Below are positions 53,911 through 64,000 of a stretch of DNA of 64,000 nucleotides, piece after piece (within the stretch, counting starts at the first letter, position 1; each line of letters starts with the position of its first letter). This DNA comes from Macrostomum lignano (lineage: Eukaryota): assembly GCA_002269645.1 (NCBI GenBank), contig NIVC01000104.1, forward strand, positions 835,179-899,178, read 5' to 3'. A program made the position numbers and the translations under genes. The notes below the pieces were generated by a model. The model was not told where the DNA came from. It did no database searches and worked only from the letters and a program-made list of their open reading frames with translations.

Positions 53911-54494
53911 CCCACCCTCTCTCGGGCCACTTACACGATACACCCACTATGGTGAAATTTGAAGCTGCTATCTCTCGACTGTGTGTAGAGCTACGAGCGC
54001 TGTCGCTAATGAAACTGACTAGACGAGACGGATGCTGACGTAAAGTTGAAGTTTTTTAATGCTGAAACTTGGCAAATACATTGCTGCTTCGGCATTGTGG
54101 GCACATTGTCTCCCCGGAAAAAAGTTGGCGAATGCCAAAAGAACTTCTCTATGCAAAAACGTCTCGCTAGTTACAATGGATGCTTAATGAACAATGGAAA
54201 ACTGGTTGGCTATTGTTCCGGCTTTGGTGGCTAACAAGCCGTCTAATTAACTCGTCGGCATACCATTGAACTATAACACTGCACTTCACTTTAGGTTGTT
54301 TAAACGAGACAAGAACAATTTTTGCTCATGAACTAATTTTCCGCTGTGCCTACTGTTAGTACTATACTTACCGTCGAAAGTTCCTTGATCGCTTTCGGTC
54401 CTTTTGGAATTAAAATTGCTACACATGTACGCTGAAGCTTGCAGTTCCTTAGTGTGGTAGTAAAAAAAATTGTTAGAGCAAAGTGCGTGCAATC

Positions 54495-54855
<361 letters not shown>

Positions 54856-55544
54856 GCAGTGGCACATTTGAGCTGACTATTGGCTGAGATTTGGAGCCTT
54901 TAACTAGCGGCATCAAGTATCTTTATTCGGTACAATTCCTGGTGAAAAATCTTGGAAAAAAAGGAAATCCATCTGAGTTCAGCCCGAGTGGAATGCTTTG
55001 GAATTTATTTAATTCTGACTTACGCACTTATTAATATAATGAGCGCAAGGCCCGACCCGCAATTCAAGATGATCTCAAGGTGTGAAAGCTAACGACACAA
55101 GCCGTATTGCTAGATTGTTAAAGTGACTAACCTAAGCCATTTTTGCTTAACCTAAAAGTTCTACTGCATGGGTTGTGAAAAGTGCACATTAATGAGTTAC
55201 TCGTATATTAATTATTAATTTAACTTTTATCTGCCAGAACTGGCTGAAAGAGCCTTCTGTCTGTTTCACTATTTTCTACGGTTTTCAAATCCACTTGCAC
55301 TTTACCAGAGCCCAGATTGAAAAGAAATTCGAATCTCTCTCAAGCATTTTCGGCACAATGAGCTAGTTCTCTTTCCAATTCATCAAATGGGATTCATGGG
55401 GGTTTAGCTTATCTATAAAATTCCTGCTTGAAGAATTCTTTGCTCTGTCCAACGCGTTCTTTTAACACTAAATCGACCATTTGTTGTCGCTTGAATTAAC
55501 TTTAAATATTTTTTAAACGGTACCTCCGTCTGTGTGGGGTTACC

Positions 55545-56215
55545 GGTCTCCCACGGAGACCCTAAGTACCATGAGGTCTCCCATCGGGGACCCAAAGTGC
55601 CGTGAGATCTCTTCTCAGAGACCCAAAGTGCCGTGAGGTCTCCTCTCAGAGACCCAAAGTGCCGTGAGGTCTCCTCTCAGAGACCCAAAGTGCTATGAGG
55701 TCTCTTCTCAGAGACCCAAAGTGCCGTGAGGTCTCCTCTCAGAGACCCAAAGTGCCGTGAGGTCTCCTCTCAGAGACCCAAAGTGCAGTGAGGTCTCCTC
55801 TCAGAGACCCAAAGTGCCATGAGGTCTCCTCTCAGAGACCCTAAGTGCCGTGAGGTCTCCTCTCAGAGACCAAAAGTGCCATGAGGTCTCCTCTCAGAGA
55901 CCCAAAGTGCCGTGAGGTCTCCTCTCAGAGACCCAAAGTGCCATGAGGTCTCCTCTCAGAGACCCTAAGTGCCGTGAGGTCTCCCAAAGACCCAAAGTGC
56001 CATGAGGTCTCCTCTCAGAGACCTTAAGTGCCGTGAGGTCTCCTCTCAGAGACCCAAAGTGCCATGAGGTCTCCTCTCAGAGACCCAAAGTGCCATGAGG
56101 TCTCCTCTCAGAGACCCAAAGTGCCGTGAGGTCTCCCAAAGACCCAAAGTGCCGTGAGGTCTCCTCTCAGAGACCCAAAGTGCCGTGAGGTCTCCCAAAG
56201 AGACCCAAAGTGCCA
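55545..56215. repeat. 31-bp minisatellite (GAGACCCAAAGTGCCGTGAGGTCTCCTCTCA)
   Basis: About 21 copies. Confidence 0.96.
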
Positions 56216-56986
56216 TGATTTTTACCCCCGGAAACTTCAACGCGCTTTGGGGTCCTCCTAGCTTCTAAAAGTAAACAGAGGTTTGCTTGAGAATCTTCGG
56301 CTACCGAGCTCCGTGCACACAATGAAATATATAAGGACTGAAAAATACAGACATGTCTTTCTTTGATTCGAAAAAGTTCACACTGATGCAAAACAAGAAC
56401 CTTGACCTATTTCTCAACCAAAAAAATGATACCTGCGCAGACCGTTAGGCAGCGATGTTGTGCCTTGCGATCTCTGGGGCGAAGACCCTTAACCAGGGGA
56501 GATCGGTAACCCTAACACACACCGGTTCGTTAGCGTGTTGTTGAGCGTATACAAACGACTGACTGAGAATTGGCGCAAACGATTCAACCTCTCTCCCAAC
56601 ACTTGGCATCAGAATTGTGTTGTTCATTTTTCTCAACCCCTCAATCTCGTCCTCTCCTGCAGCATCCATCCGCTTCTCCTGCCAGCGATGGGGGAGGCAG
56701 AGACGAGGAAGGAAAAGAAGGGCCTGTAATGGAAGTGAGGATAAAGAGAGAGGGGGGGAACGAAAAAGCTGATTTAGCGAGTGCCATTAACTGGAGCCCT
56801 GTTACGCTTATTCAGTCAGTAAATTTGACCTTAGACACTGGGAGGCAGACTACACGGACTGCCCAGCTGTTTCTGACAAATCCAGAGAGACGCCTTCTGT
56901 TCAAGAGACAAGAAAAGATTCTGTTCTCACAGGTTAAGCAAGAAATTTCCAATCAATAAAATAATTAGGTGGCTGCTATTCACCAA

Positions 56987-57610
56987 ATGGAGAAGTCACT
57001 GGTGGATAGCGAAATGAATAGCGCTAAAGACGATCAACCCAACGATTTGACGCAGAAACGTCAGGCGCAACAGCAGCGAAGCCGCTCGTTCGGTGGCGCC
57101 GCCTCGTCGCTGGTCGGCTTGTTGGCTCAACGGCGGCCGCGTCTGTTTTCTAAGAAATCATCTCGCTCCAGCTCCACCACGGCGTCGCCCGTGAAGCGGC
57201 AGTCGCAGCCTCGGCCGCAGCCGATCCCAGTCCCGAATCAGATTGTCGTCAGCGAGTTGCGGGTCGACTCCGACGGTGAAGAGTTCGAGGTGACGTGGAC
57301 CGCATTCGACGCCTCCTGGCCTCTGGGAGGCGTGGACAACCATCAGTGCAGTTCGAGCAACTCGTTGCCGTTCGACCGCAGACGGATTCGGTCGCTGAAC
57401 AACCTGGAGGACGCGTCAAGTCTTGGCGTCGTTGCCGCAAAAAAACCGCAAAAACGAGTCGACAGTGTGCACGAGGCCTTCAAGCGGTCTCCGAGCTCGA
57501 ATCGACGCAACGCGGTCTGCCTAGAGCTGGACCAGCAGCAGTGCGACTCGGCCCTGTCCAGATTCAGTGAGCACGCGGCCATTGTGAATGCCATGAAGCA
57601 GTGCTTCTGA
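56987..57610 (+). CDS. Hypothetical 207-aa S/R/Q-rich protein, single coding exon
   Basis: Non-repetitive GC3-rich ORF in an AT-rich background; AG acceptor 18 nt upstream of the ATG; no family recognised. Confidence 0.6.
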   Translation: MEKSLVDSEMNSAKDDQPNDLTQKRQAQQQRSRSFGGAASSLVGLLAQRRPRLFSKKSSRSSSTTASPVKRQSQPRPQPIPVPNQIVVSELRVDSDGEEFEVTWTAFDASWPLGGVDNHQCSSSNSLPFDRRRIRSLNNLEDASSLGVVAAKKPQKRVDSVHEAFKRSPSSNRRNAVCLELDQQQCDSALSRFSEHAAIVNAMKQCF

Positions 57611-58624
57611 AGCAGCTTCCTGTGTGATACTTCACTCAAAGAGACTGAAGGCTTGAACCAGGTTCAGATTGACATGGAATTGTCTTCAACATCATGACGT
57701 CAACCCCGTGTCAAGCTGGAGCTTCTTGAGCCAAATTGCTTATGAATATAATTGGTGTCTACTGTATTAACCTATTGTGTGTTTCCAGCCACATCTGCAA
57801 TCTTCAAATGGGACTCCCACTGGTATTTTAATCTTCACAAGAATATGCTCTTACATGTAGCTCATAATGCACTTCTTTCTAGTGTTTATCCAAAGCGCAT
57901 GTGTCTGACATAAGAAAATACTCGTACATTTGAGCGTATTGACATTCGATTGAGTCGAAAATATACAGTTTAACTGGCGAGCTGGAGTGAATTCCTGACA
58001 TGCAATCTGCATTTACATGTAATACGGGACTAGCTTTACTTCGAAAAGCTATATAAACCGTGTTTCTTTCAATCTTAAGTTCCTGCGGTGGTTCGTTGCA
58101 GCTCGAGTCGACATGCGAAATGTAAAACATTTTGTTTTTTATATTAAATATAATTTAAGCCGTCCGTAGTGAATCGAATGCAACTGAATGCGAGCCTGCC
58201 TGAATTCACTCTAATTTGGAGTGCTCAATTTCTATCTGCAGTAGCACCACGTGATCTTTCCTCTGCCTCGCTTTACATCGCCCTCATTTTCTCTTGCCCG
58301 ATTGCCATAAGGACGCAGGTGAATGTACCCGCAGGTTAACTGATCTTGGGAGATTATTAACGAAGGCGAGAAAGGGAGCTCTCAGGTGGCAGAGACTTGA
58401 GTGAGCCATTTCATCCCAATCTCATCCCCTGTCTTTCTGTCTCTGCATAGGATTCAACGTTCAGTCATCTACAGGTGCTCTCGGATTCACTAAGCAATAC
58501 ACGTGCTTGCAGCTCCGGTTTGGGCTCGATGCTTGCCTGGCTTCAATCTAAATCTGTAACAGTATTCAGTCTGTAATTTTTTACGGGTACGAACAACCGG
58601 AAAAAAATAGCACGAAGCATGCTT

Positions 58625-58900
58625 GAAAGCGAACTGACACTTTTTTGGCGCGGGGAGCAGATCGGCTCAGCGGCGCACGACCCTGAGGGCCAGCCTCCAA
58701 GGCGCAGGGAGTGTACGATTAGAAAGTCAGGTCCCCTGTACACCCTGCGTGAGCCTGCGTACGAGTGCGTGCCTGGGTATAGTGTTGGCGCACCTGTGTG
58801 CTCAGGAGTCTGCGGAATGTGCAGAATTTTCCTCAGCGCTGGCTGTGGAAGAAATCCCGAGATTTAAAAGTGCACTTCTGATCCCAATACAGAGCCTCAC
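58625..58900 (-). mobile_element. Repeat family B (SINE-like) degenerate copy
   Basis: The reverse complement shares several motifs with 29018-29258 and 60100-60461; boundaries approximate. Confidence 0.5.
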
Positions 58901-60099
58901 AGATTCCATCACTACATACTACAGGAGGGCGCTGCTACAGTCACTTCTTGCACGCTATGAGCAATCCGTCATTGGCACTAAGGAGACAGTGAATGCTACG
59001 AGCTACTCAAGTATGGCCATTGAGGCAGCCACTCTTCTGTAGCGGGTTCTCCTTGTCAGAGAGACACGCGATTTTGTCATCGCTCCTCTCTTATTACCAT
59101 CTCAAGCAGTCTCAAGTCGTTTTATTATATAGGTGAATGTGAGGCGGCTTGGTTGGTGTTTACATCGCGGCTTGACAGTCCATCCAGTGTCCGCCCGCCA
59201 CTAAAATCCACTTCAAGAGCAGATTAAAGAAAGCATTGGTCTTGCAACCTTTCGTAGAAGCCAGTAGAAATGGGCCTGCTTGTACTTCTTGAGAAAAAAT
59301 GCGTCAAGATTCAGCCTGAATGAAGTCTTGGACAGGGGCTTGAGAAAATCTAGATTAGAAGCGGACGCTGCTTATGTGACTCAATGATCCTTACATTAAA
59401 CACTAAAAGTTCAACATTAAGGTCTAGAAAAACTATCATATAAAAAAGAAGAGAAGGATTTTTCGTTAAGAGTTTCGGCAAGAAGGGTTTTAGTTGCAAC
59501 ATTTACTCAGCATAAATGCATATTTGCAAATCCAGTTGAATGAAAAATATCGTTGGAAGCAGGTTTAATCCCAGTCCCGATGCCCAGAAGTCCATGTTTT
59601 AACAGCCAACATCTTGCACTGCTCGGCGTGAGCCCTTTTTCGAGCTGCCAAAAGCAATGTTTACTGACTGTATGGTCGAATCGCTCAACTCCTGGGACGG
59701 AATTGAATGAATGACTGCGAATCGAAGAAAAACACACAGAGAAACGGAAGCAAGCAAGCTGCCAACAGCTCCCAGCTTCCAGCTCCATCTCTCATCCATC
59801 TTTCCCGTGTACGACTATATGCACACAGGAAATTTATGGATGCTCAACACAATTCCAAAGCTATTTATAGTTACGTACTTGACCCATGCATTTGTCGCCT
59901 CAGAGCTGCAATATTACAGTGGCTGTGCCGTTGACAGACATCAGTATGACAGCATGAGCAAAAATCAGGTGATATGTTATCAGAGCGCAAAACCAATCCC
60001 TTTAGTTTACGAGCATAATGTAGCGCTTTCAAGATTATGTTCCTTCCTGCTTTGATTAAAAAATTCAGTGTCCTCTTTGATACTATTGAGTTAGCTTTG

Positions 60100-60461
60100 A
60101 ACCCTGCAGGTAATTTTTAAATCAGGGATCAACGTGTCTGACTCTCGAACCACAGTACTCGGGGTTCGATTCCGCGCGCCAGGCTTGTACAGGAAAATTG
60201 GCATCGAGATTGGGCAATTCACACCCGCGAGGGACAACCATCCAGTACAACAGTGAGTGTGCCATCCAGTTCTGGCTGCGGGCTGACTCCCCGCGAACAT
60301 CATGCACACGCTCACACCAGAGTGTACAGCGGCACTCTGACTTTCTAATCGTCAGGCATGTAATGGGTGGTGCGGATCCCACGCGTTCAGAATTCAACCA
60401 TGAGAGTTGAGGCGTGCGTGTCAGTTACACGTAACGTCCTGTTCGGTGGTTATAGAAAAAA
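60100..60461 (+). mobile_element. tRNA-derived SINE, family B
   Basis: tRNA-like head with B box GGTTCGATTCC (60163-60173), shared GTGTACAGCGG..TGACTTTCTAATCG motif, A-rich end. Confidence 0.65.
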
Positions 60462-60592
60462 AGCAAACAGAAGACTTTTCAACTATTACACTCGATCTAA
60501 CAGTTCATATCTATCATTTACTATCCAGGATTAATTGTTCGTCAACTGCCATATAATTTTCAATCCCTTTTTTATTGTCCATTGGCCAAGGT

Positions 60593-61353
60593 TCACTTCC
60601 TATGCGATCGGCGACGCCTTTCAGACAGAAAGCCCTGGTAGTCGCTCAGAATGATGGCCTTGGTCAGTTCGTACCAGCACGCCCGTACGCAGGACTCCCT
60701 GCTGCAGTTGCAGTCTCCCGGCATTGGCTGGTTCAAATCGCGAGCTCGAAACTCGCTCAGTAGATCGGGAATTTCGCGCTCCATCTTGTCCAGGTTACCG
60801 ATGCTGTCGTCCGGAGGGCAGCGGCGACCGTGCAGAGCACAGGGCTTGATGTACCTCTCCAACTGGTACTCCATTGCGCTGCGCGGGTCCTGTAGGAATA
60901 TTTCGACGTTTTGTTGCTGATAATTGAAGCATTTTTTCTGCATTGCTACTCATACGAGTAGTAGGTTAATTCAGACATTGGATAAAAATGTGTAACGTAG
61001 ATTATTGGAACCAAAAAAGTCACTAAACTTCGCTGAGTGCGGCCCTGACCGTCTAATCGATAGGCATGTACACGACAAAACAACCCATCGGCTAATTGTC
61101 CGCGCACGTTGCTCATGAGTAAGATACATTTAAAACTCCTCGCCGTCCATTGTTTAGTACAATAGTTACTTTAAGTTATCAATAATTACGCCCTAAGAAG
61201 AGTAAACATGCTGTACGTATTTTCCCAAAGACAAGATTGAAAACTATTTAGAGAATTAAAAAAAATCAACCTCACCGCACTAGCCAAGCCGATCAGGCAG
61301 GCTGCTGAAGCCACTGCAGTCAGAAACAGAAGTCGACCTCCGAGATTGCACAT
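60593..61353 (-). CDS. Small secreted cysteine-rich protein; exons 61353-61276 (signal peptide) and 60889-60593; 124 aa
   Basis: Exon 1 MCNLGGRLLFLTAVASAACLIGLASA ends at GCG|GTGAG; exon 2 starts after CCTACAG in phase 0, is GC3-rich, has 6 Cys and a basic C-terminus RRRRSHRK. Confidence 0.75.
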
Positions 61354-61814
61354 GTCGCTGTGTCGCTGTGTCAGTAGCAATTATAGCGCAATTCTGTGAA
61401 ATCACTTGGCCAGTACCGCGAAGGCTGGGTGACCTCCTATTTATTGTGCTGGAAACCGCTGGCTGATGTTAATGATTGAATTCCCACCGCAGGAAGTGGG
61501 CAATTCAGAGCTCCCGATTTCTATGGTGGCTCTGATCGATGAGCTGCGAGAGAGCTGCACAAATTGCACAATCTCAGGCAGAAGCTTTACTCACAATTTT
61601 GCAGTTGTAAATTTTGTGTTGATTTTTAGTTGCCGCCTGCCATGCAAATTGTGAAGTCGATTTGATTCGAGAAAATTGCTCAGTATAGTCGTTAACTAAA
61701 GTTGCAGCCTCATAGCTCTTTACTGCTGCTTAAGCGGTGTTGGCTTTCCGGCTGCTTTGCTAGTTCCGATGCTGACAATAAATACTAAATCCGAACCTCC
61801 ATCAATAGTGGCCG

Positions 61815-62185
<371 letters not shown>

Positions 62186-64000
62186 CGTTCGCGATCAGAT
62201 TTCTTCTTAACAAGGACACTCTCAGGCAGATAGAAGGACGGAAGACTATACGTTTTTTTCGGAAAAATTTTAGGAGGCAGCATGCAGATTTTACAATAAA
62301 AAATGCATTATGGAGTTTTTTAACTTCAGGGCAGGCAGGCTGTTAAAACAAAACTGTTATTGCTTTTGATAGGAGACAAACCGAAGTATTCATAGTTTTT
62401 TTCTGTTTTTCATTTCTCACACATGTAGCTCTGTTGATATTAATAAAGTTTTTTTGTGTAGAAAATTAGGATTCTATGTTAATTTTACATCCTACCTACA
62501 ATCGTGCATATTCTGTGCCTAAAAAAGAACACAACTCGAAGAACCATTCATGGTTTTATCATTCTTAGCTGACTGGTAAAAATTAAATATGTGTAACAGA
62601 AAATACTAAGAAGGTGATCAGTTCATGGTCAAACAAGGACCTTGGTGCCAAGAATCCTCTGCGCAAGACTTAGGAGGCCTGCCTCAACACCCACGGGATG
62701 AATTGTCTTCGAAGTGCGTTCTGTAAGTAAGGCTGTAGGAGACAAAGACTTTTTGAGCTAATCATCACGTCAAAAGATCGAGGCAGGTGTGAGAATCGCT
62801 GGCTGAAAAAAATGCCTGCCAAACAGACATATAGTGCACAGATAAGATCACTACGCCATGCTACTGAGGGGCAACAGCCCTGGCCTTACAGTTATTATAC
62901 TTTTATACAATTCGAAATAAAAATGAATAAATATAACGTTATAATTTAGAACCTTATTCTGTAAAGAAAAATAGTTAACAAAAACAGTGGACTACTTTTT
63001 GTTTTCACCTATTGAAACAATTTTTGAAGTCATGATATAATACCGATTATTAGGAAGCTGCATGTTTTGTTTTAAATATTGGCTGACAAGCAATTTTAAT
63101 TTGATTTCCTAGCAATGACCTCATTTTATAATTAACCGAGTGCATGCATGGCGTGTCGTAAAATGTTATTGAGTTTCACCGTTTCCCTAATTCATTACCT
63201 TAGTTTTACGCCTATGTACGCCGTTAAATAATAAAGAAAGTAAGAAATTAAGAAAGTAAGAAATGAAAAACATACAGTATGTTGGTAGGCCTACAAAGTT
63301 ATGCTAGTCCAAGTCTATCGAAGCGTGTGCCACACATTAGCATTTCATTTTTTAAGTTTAAGATTGTTACATTGCAACAATGAATAATGTAAATTTGTGT
63401 TTTTGAGATTTGTGAACTGGGAAGAACTGTCATAAGGACCCTTTGTTTTTATCAGCAGACTTAATTTTATGGTTCTCTTTTGAAGAGAGATCTCTTTTGA
63501 AAGAATCTTTTTTATGTTATTTCCCCAGTTCACAAGTTAGGTATATATTTCTATATTACTAGTTAGTAGTTCTTAAGTCATCAAATCATCAAATGGTGCT
63601 GTTTTCTTTATCGCCTTATGTACCCACTACCCAGTACCTTCACATTTGTTATTTATCCTACACTACACCTATACAGTAGCACAAATATTGAAATAAGGCG
63701 AAGGGTAAGAGGCTATCCTTTTTGGCAAATACATATAGTCAAGGACTCAAGGTGCTAGGCTGGGCCTACTTATGATGTTATAGATTGTCTCTACTAAACT
63801 AAAAAAAAACATTTTAGAGGACAACTTGGTCTATACATTATCTGCACATGGTTTCTTGCCCTAATCCTAACCTTGTAAGAAAGTTGTAGTAGGCCTAGCC
63901 CTAGGCCTATTGAAAAACAATTAGGCCTATCCCATATTAGCCTTAGCCCTAAGCCTACCCCTAGTGCTTAATGCTTGATATCTAGGCTAGGGACCAGGGT

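Noticed and set aside
58619-59042. ORFs 58619-58867 and 58749-59042
   Set aside because: They largely overlap the antisense strand of a family-B repeat; no credible start or splice context.
60091-60410. Protein-like ORFs 60122-60397 and 60091-60315 as extra exons of the secreted gene
   Set aside because: They are the antisense of a tRNA-headed SINE; the secreted gene has its own stop at 60593.
63890-63990. Telomere-like CCCTAA/TTAGCC words near the window end
   Set aside because: Only scattered single motifs, no tandem TTAGGG tract.

Overview
Eukaryotic (invertebrate) genomic DNA: intron-containing genes whose introns are largely filled by micro- and minisatellites, each with its own unit. 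The style (abundant (GACA)n, minisatellite introns, GC-rich exons in an AT-rich background) suggests a free-living flatworm such as Macrostomum, but that is inference. Nearly all long ORFs in the supplied track are repeat artefacts. Ten spliced or single-exon gene models were built by hand: KDEL receptor, WDSUB1, transaldolase and V-ATPase subunit d (head-to-head), HSBP1, an orphan MGNS-start protein, a Cys-less (Pro-loop) pentameric ligand-gated ion channel, a secreted PAN/apple-like plus ALK/LTK-type glycine-rich protein, an orphan low-complexity ORF and a small secreted 6-Cys protein. The most striking observation is a pair of hAT-like MITEs (14-bp TIRs, perfect 8-bp TSDs). Each carries at its centre a 64-bp piece of 28S rDNA that spans the R2 / Pokey / I-PpoI target site and is altered mainly at the cleavage site. 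Also present: nested fold-back elements, two SINE families and minisatellites built on AP-1- or E2F-like motifs. No CRISPR array, intact rRNA or tRNA gene, or transposase was found.
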